64,000 nucleotides of DNA from a virus: IMG/VR virus record IMGVR_UViG_3300021389_000010, positions 18,426-82,425 of that record. The stretch is one strand, 5' to 3'. Shown here piece after piece: positions 42,694-52,852 of this stretch (position 1 is its first letter; each line of letters opens with the position of its first letter). Under the pieces are notes generated by a model, which did not search any database, was not told the DNA's origin, and worked only from the letters and a program-made list of their open reading frames with translations. The translations under genes and the position numbers were made by a program.

Positions 42694-45600
42694 TGGAAGA
42701 CGAGCAGTTATTAGAAGCACTTGAGTCCGCGTACAATAGAGGGGTAACCCTTGAGCAGATGCAGGGTAAACTTAGCGATGACGCAATGGTTGTCGCACAA
42801 GATTTCTTTTCAAAAAAAAAAGATGGTACCGAAGATTCTCAGATCGCCAGTCCTTCGGTATCAGCATCAGAGCCTTCGGTAAACGGTACGGTATCTCTAT
42901 CTACTCGACTCGACTCTGATTCAAAGGCGGTTTCTTCTGGTTTGTTAGATGCTGTAAAGTCAGCACAGGAACGCGGTGTTACCCTTGAGCAAATGCAGGG
43001 TAAGTTGTCTGATGACGCGTACAATTTAGCCAGTCAATACTACAAAACCATAGAGTCTCAACGTCCTGTTAATCGCAAGATGAAAGACCACTGGTTAATC
43101 ATTGACGATAACCCAAGTGAGTTAGGTAGATTGTGGAATCGCGCTGTATCTGGTGGTATTCTTGCTAACGAAATACAAGAGGCAGAAATCACAGGGGTGA
43201 TGGACTACGAAAAGATAGCCTACCTCAACAACATAGTTCAAAGAGACGCACCAAAAGAAGAAGACTACCTATACGACACCGATAATCCTGTAGGTAGTTT
43301 TGTGCTTGATGTAATACGCACTATACCAGAGTCATTAATCTCTATGGCTACTGCGTATGAGACTGGTGTCAGAGGTGCAGCGGCAGGTGCTGGTGTAGGT
43401 GCAGGAGTAGGCTCTGTTATTCCCGGTGCAGGTACAGCGGCAGGTGCAACTACTGGTGCTATAGCAGGATACTTTGGTGGAACATCATTGGCTCTTGAGT
43501 ATGGTCATTCTATTATGGATGTACTTCGTGAGGAGGGCGTAGACGTCACTTCTCCAGATCAACTAAGGGAAGCATCACGTGACCAAAGAATAATGTCTAA
43601 GGCACGAGAGAAAGGCCTCAAGCGTGGTATCCCTATCGCGGTATTCGATGCTATATCGGGGGGTACTGCGGGTAAAGTAGGTAACGTACTCGTAAAATCT
43701 GTAGGTAAATCAGCGACAAACAGAGCCATGAAGGTGGCTGCGGCAGAAACCTTGGTTCAAGCAGGGCTTGGGGGTACTGGTGAGTTTGCGGGACAGGTAA
43801 TATCGGGTGAGGAAATCAGACCAAGAGACATAGCACTCGAGGCATTCGCTGAGTTAGGCCCAGCAGCACCCGTAATGGCCTACAATCTTGCAGGTCGCAT
43901 CGGTAAAACACCTGGTGAATTATCATACATAGACTGGGCAAAAGAACAGGATCAGAAGAAACTCTCTGTAGCCAATGAGATATCTTTTGTGGCTAACAAT
44001 GGGGAGATTGCATCTATAGATAATGAGATTCAAAAACTTAGAGAGTCTAAGAAGAAAGACCCAACCACAAAGAAAGCCGTAGACGCTAAACTACAGCGAC
44101 TAAAACAAGAAAAGTACAGCCTACTTAGAGAAACCTCTGAGAGAGTTATGAAACTAGAGGGGGTACAAGAAGAAATAGCAGACCAGTTAACGCGTGACCT
44201 TAATGCAGCAGCGGCAGTATTAAAGGAAGGTAATATTACTGCGGAAGAAAAGGCTGCTATCGAAGAAGAGATGGAGCAGTCAGCCAAAGAGTTAGACCAG
44301 TTGCTGTCGGGCCAAACAGAAGAGCAAACACAAGCGCAACCAGATGATAAAAAAGTTAAGCCCGAAGAAGTACCAGGTGCAGAGCAAGTCGGGGAAGAAC
44401 TTGGGGACGTACCCAAGTCGGAAACAAGCAGAGCGAAGGCTCAAATTAGTGGAATACTTCAAGCACGCCAAGAAGAAGTAGGTAGAAAATCAAGAAGTAA
44501 AAGTGTAGCCGACGCGCTGACTGATTTTAAATACAACAGAGACAGGAAGAAAGGAGTTTTCTTTAACCTGTTTGATAAGAACGACGCGGGTGCATTGCGA
44601 ACAATGCTGGAGGAAGGAAAATATAGCGACGGTAAAAGGATACCTATAAAAGAACAGCGGATACTAAGCAAACTTGTGTTAGCAAGTGAGGCCTACAGAC
44701 TTTTGAATCCAGACTCTAAAGATTTCAATGTAGGGTTTGGAAGAAAGGGTTTCTACGCAGCGGGTAAAGCGGCTGGCTTTAAAAAAGCAGATTTAAAAAA
44801 TGCTGCTGGTATAACCTCTGGTAGAGTAGGCACTAAAGACGCTCCTATTATAGTGTCTATACCATCCGCAGATGAATCCCTATCTCAGAGAGGTAAGGTA
44901 GATAGATATACAGCAGAAGGCACTGCGTATCATGAGGTTTACCACAAGATATTCTCAAAGTTTTTTAACGACAGACCTATTGACTTCAATCAGTTTAGGA
45001 AACTTGTGATTCGTAGGTTAAGCGAGAGCAATGTCAAGGAGTTAAATGCTTTTGCGGAGCGATACATGGAGCGTGAGGATGGAGAATCTGCTGGTGCTTA
45101 CAAGTCAGAGGAATTTATGGTTCAACTTGGTGGCTTACTCGGTAGTGAAAGAATTGTTTTTGAAGCATCTTTTCTCGAGGAACTCAAAGCGTTTTTAAAT
45201 GGTGTCGTAAGTAAGATAACAGGCAATCGTGTACAGATATTTGAAGAGGCTGGTCTGGCTAAAGATATTTCTGAGTACATGAAAGGAATGAGTAAGGCTG
45301 TACGTGCTGGTGCAGACATCAGTCAAGTACCTATGGCCGAATCCTTGCAGACAGAACGCTTTCAAAGAGAGCGACCAACGACTACGGAAAAAACAGAGAA
45401 GGACGAGTACGGGTTTGAAAAGCCTACGGGCGAGATGGATGTAGAGCCAAGTAAAAACGTGGCAGGTATACCAGATCCAGAGAACTACGACAAGACCTTT
45501 GATCCTCTAGAAAAACTAACCGGAATTCTAGGCCCTAAACTAAACGCATTAGCAAAGAAACTCGAGAAGGTTCTTGGTATAGACAGGCTTAGAGGAACAC

Positions 45601-48467
45601 GTAGAGATGTGCTTCAAGCATTGGAGATTTCGGAGTCTATAAACGTACAGCACATTAATAGATTTTACCTTGCGTTGCGTCAGATAAATAAGATAACAAA
45701 TAAGTTACCAGACGAGCAGAGACAAGAGGTGGCTGACCTGTCTAATGACTATCTGTTTGGTGCAAAGGAAGAGACAAGACGAGAAGCCTTCGATAAACTG
45801 CAAGAAATAAACCCCGAGTTGATGAAACAACTTGGAAGATTAACAGCGATACGTGCTTCTATGCAGGAGTCTATACAGAACAGCGCTGTCTTTGATAACC
45901 TAAGCAGTGAATTGCAGGAGACTATTATAGATAACACAGCGTCATACGGCACAAGAACATATCGTGCGTTTACTGATCCCAACTTTAAGTTCGACCCACA
46001 ACTAAGAGCAGCCGCTGAGAAATCTATGGTAGATGCCATGATATACGACATCGCTTTTGACATATATGAAAACGACAACTTCACTGATGAAATGTTTGAG
46101 GAGATGGAGGCAAGGAATCTTGATATGAATGAGTTAGATGACATTGTTCAGTTCGTAGAGACAACTCAGATAGAAGAGGTTAAGAACAGGGTCAAGGATA
46201 GTCTAAGAAACATAGAGGCAGCATCACGAGAATCTCAAGGTAGATATGGCGAAGGCTTGGCAGGCACTAAAGACTTGGGTAAACTAAGAATACCTACTAA
46301 GAAATTAAAACAGCGTCAAGACTTACCTATTGAGTTGATGGACTACATGGGCGTAGAGAAAGACCCATACATTAAGTTCAGTCAAACCGTTGCTACTCTT
46401 ACCAACATGGTGCAACAGTTCACACTGGTGGATAGAGTAAATGAGATTGCACAGCGTAGTGACCTTGGGGATTTAATTGTTACTACTCCGATTGTACGTG
46501 CCATCATGTCTAAAGACCCAGAGAAAAGACTTGGTGTAAGGGTTCCTCAAATTGCACGTGACATGGGCCTTATGGGTAAGGAAGAGTCCTTTGATGATTT
46601 CTATACAAGAACAGGTGGTCAACTAATAGATGGTCAAACCCCTGCGTTTCCTTCAGATCGTATTGACTACATCGAAGACAAACTAAAGGATTACTTTCTA
46701 GAGAACTATACGGTTATTGAGGAGAAGAAATCTCCAATGAGCGGCAAGGCTGTGAAGAATGACTTCGTTAGCATGCTGAAGCAAACACCGATGTATCAGT
46801 CTGACAACAAGGTTCTTCAAGGATACTATAAACTTCTGTTACAGATGCGTCGTGTGCGTGTACTATACAACCTACCTACCTGGAGAAAGAACATCATGGG
46901 TGGTTGGTATTTCTTAGGAGCAAACTTTGTGCTTCCATTTAATAAGCACAGAGGAGGGCTTACTGCAATGGAAGACTTGAGGAACAGGTTCAAGAAAATG
47001 AAGGACGGTGAGTTAGATCCAGAGTATGAAAAAATTCTTGACCGCATGGGAGAACTTGGATTGCTTGGCTCATCTCCAAACATGGGTATGTTTAGTGACA
47101 TCAATGATTCATTCATCCAGCAATTGGAAGGTGTGTCGCCAGAGTTAGCGTGGAAGTGGTTACCAGCAGGGGTGAAAAAAGCACAGCAGGAACTAGGTAT
47201 AAAGGCAGCACGTACCGCCTATCAGTATGGATTCATTGATGACTATACCAAGATGATTGCTTACCTCACTAAGCGTGAGAACTTCGCTAAGAGACTTGAG
47301 TCTAATCCCGAGGGTAAGTCATACGATGAACTTTCTTTTGCTCAGAAGCAGCAGGTGGACGAGATGACAGCCGAGCGTATCAAGCAGAACATGCCTACCA
47401 TGTCTCGTATACATCCGTCATTACGCAATCTATTTAAGTTACCTGTTGGTGACTTCCTTTCGTTCCGTGTGGAAGCCTTCCGTAGTTTCTTTAGCATCTA
47501 TCGTAATGCAGTTGCAGATCTGGGACAGGCTATGACTAACGAGAACCTAACCAAATCACAACGTGGTGCGTACATGACAGATGGTGCAGGTACACTAAGC
47601 ATGGGGCTCGCACTTGCCGGCTTATCTAAGGTAGGGTATCAAGCCATAGCAGGTTTGTTATTGAAGGACGACGAGGAAGATGAACTTGGACAACAAGCAA
47701 GGTCTACTAATTATGTATTACCTCCATGGATGCAGGGCTCAAACATTGTCGCTGTAGGGATGGACAAAGACGGTAAGATTCGATTTGCTAACATGAGTTC
47801 GGAAGACCCATACGATGAATTGCAAGGGCTTATATATGGACGTAACGGTATATCCAGAAGCAATATGCTACAAAGTATAGCCGCTGATTTCAAAGACCCT
47901 AACCTTGCAGCGCGATTACTCTTTAATCTTGTTGATGGAAAGGACTCTTATGGACGGCCAATCCTTAGTAACGATGACGTAGGTTGGTTCCACAGGTACA
48001 TCATTGGGCCTAACCTAACGGAGTGGTCAGATGCTTATGGTTCTTATATCTTTAAGGAGACTTTTATACCGCCTAACTTTAACTACATCGCTCGTGCATA
48101 TCGCAAGCGCATGAAGGAAGCGAAGGAAAACCCAGACATAGAGTTGCAACCCCTTGAAACAGCGGCTGAGTTATCTACTGCCGTAATCTTTAGAGACTAT
48201 CCTGTTGATATAGCAAGACAGTTCTACTACAATATGAGCGAGCAGAATTTCCGCAAGCCTTACACCTCATTGAGTGATGCAGAAAAGGTCAACAGACAGG
48301 TGCGGTTGGATGAGATAAAGAGAGCGTATCAATTCGCTGCTAATTATTCTGCTAAGTTTGGCAACTACAGTATCATCTCTAGTGTAGAGAGCACTATTGA
48401 CAGGACGTTTGCTAAGAGCCCAGAGGAGGCTATGTATGTGAAGTACGACCTCGAACTTCCCAAATAG
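42693..48467 (+). CDS. large ejection/internal virion protein
   Basis: 1924 aa; Gly/Ala membrane-like segment, HEVYH zincin-like motif, duplicated N-terminal motif. Confidence 0.7.
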   Translation: MEDEQLLEALESAYNRGVTLEQMQGKLSDDAMVVAQDFFSKKKDGTEDSQIASPSVSASEPSVNGTVSLSTRLDSDSKAVSSGLLDAVKSAQERGVTLEQMQGKLSDDAYNLASQYYKTIESQRPVNRKMKDHWLIIDDNPSELGRLWNRAVSGGILANEIQEAEITGVMDYEKIAYLNNIVQRDAPKEEDYLYDTDNPVGSFVLDVIRTIPESLISMATAYETGVRGAAAGAGVGAGVGSVIPGAGTAAGATTGAIAGYFGGTSLALEYGHSIMDVLREEGVDVTSPDQLREASRDQRIMSKAREKGLKRGIPIAVFDAISGGTAGKVGNVLVKSVGKSATNRAMKVAAAETLVQAGLGGTGEFAGQVISGEEIRPRDIALEAFAELGPAAPVMAYNLAGRIGKTPGELSYIDWAKEQDQKKLSVANEISFVANNGEIASIDNEIQKLRESKKKDPTTKKAVDAKLQRLKQEKYSLLRETSERVMKLEGVQEEIADQLTRDLNAAAAVLKEGNITAEEKAAIEEEMEQSAKELDQLLSGQTEEQTQAQPDDKKVKPEEVPGAEQVGEELGDVPKSETSRAKAQISGILQARQEEVGRKSRSKSVADALTDFKYNRDRKKGVFFNLFDKNDAGALRTMLEEGKYSDGKRIPIKEQRILSKLVLASEAYRLLNPDSKDFNVGFGRKGFYAAGKAAGFKKADLKNAAGITSGRVGTKDAPIIVSIPSADESLSQRGKVDRYTAEGTAYHEVYHKIFSKFFNDRPIDFNQFRKLVIRRLSESNVKELNAFAERYMEREDGESAGAYKSEEFMVQLGGLLGSERIVFEASFLEELKAFLNGVVSKITGNRVQIFEEAGLAKDISEYMKGMSKAVRAGADISQVPMAESLQTERFQRERPTTTEKTEKDEYGFEKPTGEMDVEPSKNVAGIPDPENYDKTFDPLEKLTGILGPKLNALAKKLEKVLGIDRLRGTRRDVLQALEISESINVQHINRFYLALRQINKITNKLPDEQRQEVADLSNDYLFGAKEETRREAFDKLQEINPELMKQLGRLTAIRASMQESIQNSAVFDNLSSELQETIIDNTASYGTRTYRAFTDPNFKFDPQLRAAAEKSMVDAMIYDIAFDIYENDNFTDEMFEEMEARNLDMNELDDIVQFVETTQIEEVKNRVKDSLRNIEAASRESQGRYGEGLAGTKDLGKLRIPTKKLKQRQDLPIELMDYMGVEKDPYIKFSQTVATLTNMVQQFTLVDRVNEIAQRSDLGDLIVTTPIVRAIMSKDPEKRLGVRVPQIARDMGLMGKEESFDDFYTRTGGQLIDGQTPAFPSDRIDYIEDKLKDYFLENYTVIEEKKSPMSGKAVKNDFVSMLKQTPMYQSDNKVLQGYYKLLLQMRRVRVLYNLPTWRKNIMGGWYFLGANFVLPFNKHRGGLTAMEDLRNRFKKMKDGELDPEYEKILDRMGELGLLGSSPNMGMFSDINDSFIQQLEGVSPELAWKWLPAGVKKAQQELGIKAARTAYQYGFIDDYTKMIAYLTKRENFAKRLESNPEGKSYDELSFAQKQQVDEMTAERIKQNMPTMSRIHPSLRNLFKLPVGDFLSFRVEAFRSFFSIYRNAVADLGQAMTNENLTKSQRGAYMTDGAGTLSMGLALAGLSKVGYQAIAGLLLKDDEEDELGQQARSTNYVLPPWMQGSNIVAVGMDKDGKIRFANMSSEDPYDELQGLIYGRNGISRSNMLQSIAADFKDPNLAARLLFNLVDGKDSYGRPILSNDDVGWFHRYIIGPNLTEWSDAYGSYIFKETFIPPNFNYIARAYRKRMKEAKENPDIELQPLETAAELSTAVIFRDYPVDIARQFYYNMSEQNFRKPYTSLSDAEKVNRQVRLDEIKRAYQFAANYSAKFGNYSIISSVESTIDRTFAKSPEEAMYVKYDLELPK

Positions 48468-48485
48468 GATACTTATATTTGTAGA

Positions 48486-48686
48486 ATGGAAAGATTAAAG
48501 AAATTATATTGTTGGCTAGCCGTAAAGGTTTTTAAAAGAAAAAGTAAATACTGCGAAGGCAAGAGCGACAATGGCTCGGGGGCTAGTTCCCCGTCTGGTT
48601 CGTCTGGTTCATCGGGTTCCTCTGGCTCATCTGGCTCATCGGGTTCCTCTGGATCGTCTGGTTCTTCGGGATCATCGGGCAAGTAA
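48486..48686 (+). CDS. small protein with a (Gly-Ser-Ser)n tail
   Basis: 66 aa after TATATTTG; about nine GSS repeats with varied codons. Confidence 0.6.
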   Translation: MERLKKLYCWLAVKVFKRKSKYCEGKSDNGSGASSPSGSSGSSGSSGSSGSSGSSGSSGSSGSSGK

Positions 48687-48919
48687 TGAGTTGGAAAGAA
48701 ATATTTAAAGACAGCAATGACTGGAACGAGAAGAGTATTCTCGGTGCGCTTTCATTTGCTGTAATGGTTTGTGTCATGACGCTTGATCTGGTAACAGGTG
48801 CGTTAGGAAAGGATTTAGTAATCAATGAAGGTGTCTACAACTCTTTCGTGTACGTCACGATAGGATGTTTTGGAATTGCTGGATTAGAAAAATTTGCTAA
48901 GTCCGGTGGAGATAAATAA
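48686..48919 (+). CDS. holin-like membrane protein
   Basis: 77 aa with two hydrophobic segments. Confidence 0.6.
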   Translation: MSWKEIFKDSNDWNEKSILGALSFAVMVCVMTLDLVTGALGKDLVINEGVYNSFVYVTIGCFGIAGLEKFAKSGGDK

Positions 48920-49187
48920 AGAAATATCAGAGGACACAGTAGTAGGGCTATCACTAAAGACCGTTGGTATGATTATCGGCGGCGCAGTGATAGTTAGCCT
49001 TGGATACTTTGACCTAAAGGCTGAGGTGCAAGAGGCAAAAGAATTACCTGCACCAGTGATAGGAAGAACAGAGTACGACTTAAAAGATGAGTTGATACGC
49101 ACCACAATCATGAACACCAAGTCGGATGTTGATGACATCAAGAAGCAACTAGACAAAATAGAGGGGCGTCTCTTCGAGATGAAATGA
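48894..49187 (+). CDS. membrane protein with coiled coil
   Basis: One TM segment then a heptad pattern; start uncertain. Confidence 0.6.
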   Translation: MLSPVEINKEISEDTVVGLSLKTVGMIIGGAVIVSLGYFDLKAEVQEAKELPAPVIGRTEYDLKDELIRTTIMNTKSDVDDIKKQLDKIEGRLFEMK

Positions 49188-49516
49188 AAAAGGCTGCCCT
49201 CGCCATAGCATTCACCCTGCTGTGTGCCTTCAAGGTACCGATCAGGGGATTGGTGGTGGTTCATTATAACGCTGAGTTTAATTCTAGCAACAGCGTACCA
49301 TTAAAAAAAATTAGTGACGCCCGGGTTATCGACGCATGGATTGATGATGCTGAGGTTAAAGAATACGCAGACATAAAGTCTGTTCCTACAATAATACTTT
49401 ACGAAAACGGTAAAGAGATACAGCGGTGGGAGCCAGGTCTTTCGTTAAGCCTTTCTGTTACACACCAGGATATACAGGATGTCATTGATAAAATAACTGG
49501 AGCAAGTAAATTCTGA
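49184..49516 (+). CDS. secreted thioredoxin-fold-like protein lacking CxxC
   Basis: Signal peptide; IKSVPTIILYENGKEI resembles the thioredoxin cis-Pro region. Confidence 0.6.
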   Translation: MKKAALAIAFTLLCAFKVPIRGLVVVHYNAEFNSSNSVPLKKISDARVIDAWIDDAEVKEYADIKSVPTIILYENGKEIQRWEPGLSLSLSVTHQDIQDVIDKITGASKF

Positions 49517-50595
49517 TGAGAAACATACTAATTACTTTCTTTGTACTGTCCTCCATATTCTCCCAGGCACAGGTGGTGGGGGGTATATTTAAGTACGCTA
49601 CATTTTACACGAGTGCTTTTGCTTCTTCACCAATGCCTGCTCAAAAAGAATACTATGTAACTCAAGGCGGGGATCTTCAAAACATAACTATAGAGAATCC
49701 GTTTGATTATAAGGCAACCATAGGAGTACGTAGGGTTGCTCGGTATGACTATGAGAACAGACAGAACAGGTTCTATGACGGACAAACAGAGTCTACAACA
49801 GCGTTGTCTGCTACAGTTGGTTCTGTGAAGGGACTTGAATACCTTGCTCAGTACGACGTGGGTCGTCAGCAAGGGTCAGCATACGTAAACCAAAGATACT
49901 TCCTTAGATACCTTGCTAAATACTTTATGGTAAAGGGCGAGTACTATAGTCAAGGGCTTGTTGATTTGAATTATACGCAAGTAGAATCAAGACTAAGATT
50001 ACATATAGGTGAGTTAGATTTTTCAGCAGGTGTTGCCGGGCGTTTACACAGGTCATATGGATATAATCCAATAGCAGACTTCTTAGCACACAACCCTTGG
50101 TGGGACTTAGTACGCAACATGGGTTATGAAGACGTCTACTATGGCATTGATTACGACAATGATGATGAGATAGATAACGGCGACTGGTTCTGGTTAGACC
50201 CAGAAGGGGAGAAGGTTGCTGATACCGATGAAGACTTCCGCAGATATATCTACCCTGGTATCGTAAATGAATTCAACAAACTTAGCATAGATAGTGTTGG
50301 TCTTATTCAGTCTGTGTCTGCGATAATTGGGGTAGACTATTATCACTATGAGGATGACTTTTGGATACACTCTTGGTTAAACATTCTTCCTTACCACATG
50401 CACGTAGGTGACAAAGAAGAGTTTTCTTATAGCAACTACGTAGATGGGAATCAATGGGTTGACTACAGTACAGGTATTGTTTTCGGTTGGAAGTTAGGTA
50501 AGCGATGGGGTATATTTACTGAAGGTGAGTATATGAAGTACTGGGATAGAAATATCTTTAACCTAAGAGCAGGTATTAACTATCAATTTAGATAA
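49516..50595 (+). CDS. putative outer-membrane beta-barrel protein
   Basis: Signal peptide ending AQ, Tyr/Trp-rich strands, C-terminal LRAGINYQF. Confidence 0.6.
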   Translation: MRNILITFFVLSSIFSQAQVVGGIFKYATFYTSAFASSPMPAQKEYYVTQGGDLQNITIENPFDYKATIGVRRVARYDYENRQNRFYDGQTESTTALSATVGSVKGLEYLAQYDVGRQQGSAYVNQRYFLRYLAKYFMVKGEYYSQGLVDLNYTQVESRLRLHIGELDFSAGVAGRLHRSYGYNPIADFLAHNPWWDLVRNMGYEDVYYGIDYDNDDEIDNGDWFWLDPEGEKVADTDEDFRRYIYPGIVNEFNKLSIDSVGLIQSVSAIIGVDYYHYEDDFWIHSWLNILPYHMHVGDKEEFSYSNYVDGNQWVDYSTGIVFGWKLGKRWGIFTEGEYMKYWDRNIFNLRAGINYQFR

Positions 50596-51012
50596 ATGAA
50601 ATGGCTAACCGGATTAATCATAGCGCTATTGTTAAGCAGTTGCAGCGCTCAATGGCACCTAAAAAAGGCAGTCAAGAAAAACCCCAGTCTATTAAGCAAA
50701 GACACGGTTGTTGTTACGGATACGATTGTAACTGCTCCGGTCTCGGTGCGTGATACTATAACACTTCAACAGCGGGACACTATTACTATTACTAAGGATA
50801 GGCTTAAAGTAAACATTGTACGTTCGTTCGATACTATCATGGTAGATGCAATATGTGAAAGCGATACTATTGTACAGGTAATAGAAGTACCTGTGCCATC
50901 CCTCGTTATGAAGGACAGCAACAGGTGGTACAACAAGGTATACAAGATTTCTTTTTACCTTTTGTTACTTCTACTTCTTCTTCGTTTCTTCCGGAAGAAT
51001 CATATAATTTAG
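50596..51012 (+). CDS. lipoprotein, unimolecular spanin-like
   Basis: Lipobox LLLSSC, DT-rich beta region, C-terminal TM ISFYLLLLLLLL. Confidence 0.65.
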   Translation: MKWLTGLIIALLLSSCSAQWHLKKAVKKNPSLLSKDTVVVTDTIVTAPVSVRDTITLQQRDTITITKDRLKVNIVRSFDTIMVDAICESDTIVQVIEVPVPSLVMKDSNRWYNKVYKISFYLLLLLLLLRFFRKNHII

Positions 51013-51014
51013 GA

Positions 51015-51113
51015 TCAACTTCCGCAGGCTTCACAGTCTGAAGGGTTCTCAAAATTACACGTTGGTTGTTCAGCGGACTCAAGTTCCGATACGAATGATT
51101 CGAAGTCTTCCAT
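51015..51113 (-). CDS. 32-aa acidic CxxC peptide resembling the RNR alpha C-terminal tail
   Basis: Manual translation MEDFESFVSELESAEQPTCNFENPSDCEACGS*; upstream TATCTTCG element and leader hairpin. Confidence 0.7.
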   Translation of the reverse strand: MEDFESFVSELESAEQPTCNFENPSDCEACGS

Positions 51114-51178
51114 AATGGCTTTAAAAAGGTTTAACCCCCACGAAATTGCGGGAACTTCGAAGATACAAAATACCTTGA

Positions 51179-51688
51179 TTAGGGTTTCAATTCGTAATAA
51201 GGTGAGTATGCGTATCTTAGGTTCCAGCCTCTTACTTCTGCTGGTGTAAAATCGCCTACAAGGTAATCTTCGGGTGAGGTAAACAGTATAAATACTACTA
51301 TATCAGAGACCTCTTTATCGATTGCATATTTGTTTGCCTTGAATGTATTCTCACAAGTCTTGATACTGATCTTCTGAGTCTCTCCATTCTTTACTACATG
51401 AATGTCCGGATCATCTGTTACATCCTTTGTTTGTTTCAACAGCGTAGACACTGTGTATCTTGAGTACTCTGGTGTGATCTCATAGTAGTACCTTACTAAC
51501 AACTCTCCAAGTATACCTAAGTATTCAGTATAATATTCACGAGGTACCTCACCCAGTAGTAAGGATTTTTTAGTCCCGGTTCTCTGCTTGTTTGTCCCCT
51601 CATATCTTTTCTTATTCGCTTCTATTCTTCTGAGAGTTAAGTCGTCAGAATATTCCTTTAGATAAGACGGGATAGGTAGCCGGTTCAT
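51179..51688 (-). CDS. hypothetical protein, possibly PD-(D/E)xK fold
   Basis: GILGE...PDI...ISIKT pattern. Confidence 0.6.
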   Translation of the reverse strand: MNRLPIPSYLKEYSDDLTLRRIEANKKRYEGTNKQRTGTKKSLLLGEVPREYYTEYLGILGELLVRYYYEITPEYSRYTVSTLLKQTKDVTDDPDIHVVKNGETQKISIKTCENTFKANKYAIDKEVSDIVVFILFTSPEDYLVGDFTPAEVRGWNLRYAYSPYYELKP

Positions 51689-52659
51689 GACAATCCTTTT
51701 AAGCGTTCTTTATTAAGAGTTGATAGATCATAGTGTTCCTTGACGTACTCATATAGATTGTTAGCCAGCCTCCATGCTTTAGTCATATTCATATCCTTGA
51801 TCTCTCTGCGCCAGTCAGACTGAGACTTACAAAGTATGCCGGTTTCGTTATGTATGATTACCTCTTTATAAGGAGTGACACTGCTTGCTATAATTGCAGT
51901 CTTAGTGTATCCGGCTTCAACTACTTTCAATTCTGATTTACATCTATTGAATACACTCTTCTTTAGTGGAGATAGTGATACATCAAAGAACTTGTACAGT
52001 TGTGCGTATTGAGTTATGTCTACGGGGTTCATACGATACTTAGCCTTTAGTCTGTCGGCATAGTCCATGAGATTCATGCTGTATAATTCGTAGTCTTCAA
52101 AGGTCATACCCATCTCATCAAGATCTTTCTGGTGACCATTAGCACCAAGGTATCCAAACCTTACTTTGAAATCCGGACTTGCATCTTTCTGTTGATCTGC
52201 CCACTGCTGTTCTTTTTCATATACCGTATTAGGAATAAGCCTATAAACAGCGCCAGGATTAATCTTCTTCATCATTGTAATAAGATACGACGATGGTGAC
52301 CAGATCTCATCTGCTATTTTAATTGTATTGGTAATATTAGGACCTTCCTTTTTTTTGTAATGTTCATACGCTGGATTATCTTTAGGTAGATTCCAGTAGT
52401 CATCGTTATCAAGAATAAGTTTGATGTCATTATTCTTTAAGAACTTTTTAAATTCTTTGTGATCAGATACACTGCACCTTCTTGATACCACAAGGTTTTT
52501 TATTTGAGACAAGTCCCACTCCTTCATCTCATTGAAGTCCTCAAAGAAATGGATCTGTAATCCTTCTTCTTCTTTAAGTCTTAGGAACGGAGTCATTAAC
52601 CTATGATAGTTAATACCGTTTAGTCCATCAAGATAAATCAGTGTCATCATAATACTCAA
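51685..52659 (-). CDS. glycosyltransferase (GT-B fold)
   Basis: YHRL..P, DNDDYW, HQKDL, SPL...FNRCKSELKVVEAG and IIASSV.PY motifs. Confidence 0.8.
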   Translation of the reverse strand: MSIMMTLIYLDGLNGINYHRLMTPFLRLKEEEGLQIHFFEDFNEMKEWDLSQIKNLVVSRRCSVSDHKEFKKFLKNNDIKLILDNDDYWNLPKDNPAYEHYKKKEGPNITNTIKIADEIWSPSSYLITMMKKINPGAVYRLIPNTVYEKEQQWADQQKDASPDFKVRFGYLGANGHQKDLDEMGMTFEDYELYSMNLMDYADRLKAKYRMNPVDITQYAQLYKFFDVSLSPLKKSVFNRCKSELKVVEAGYTKTAIIASSVTPYKEVIIHNETGILCKSQSDWRREIKDMNMTKAWRLANNLYEYVKEHYDLSTLNKERLKGLS

Positions 52660-52852
52660 GTAATACAGAGCGAATCATATCGAACTCTGCATCAATGTCT
52701 CTTTTAAACTTTCTGATTGTGTTGTGTAATCGCTCTGCGTCAGAACGAGGATCTCCTGAGGAGTCGTGTAGACTCTCATACAACTCAGTAGCCGCATCAT
52801 GCATTCTACTGGTTGCCAGGAAATAAATCTTACTCAATGATTTTGTATCCAT
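52628..52852 (-). CDS. hypothetical protein
   Basis: Helical ORF in the operon, start MDTKSL. Confidence 0.6.
   Translation of the reverse strand: MDTKSLSKIYFLATSRMHDAATELYESLHDSSGDPRSDAERLHNTIRKFKRDIDAEFDMIRSVLLEYYDDTDLS

Noticed and set aside
42693-48467. Virion RNA polymerase as in crAssphages
   Set aside because: No DxDxD catalytic motif was recognised, and host-type sigma-A promoters precede both early and late genes.
48473-48682. Minus-strand PDE-repeat ORF
   Set aside because: It is the antisense shadow of the GSS-repeat ORF, which has the promoter and TAATG coupling.
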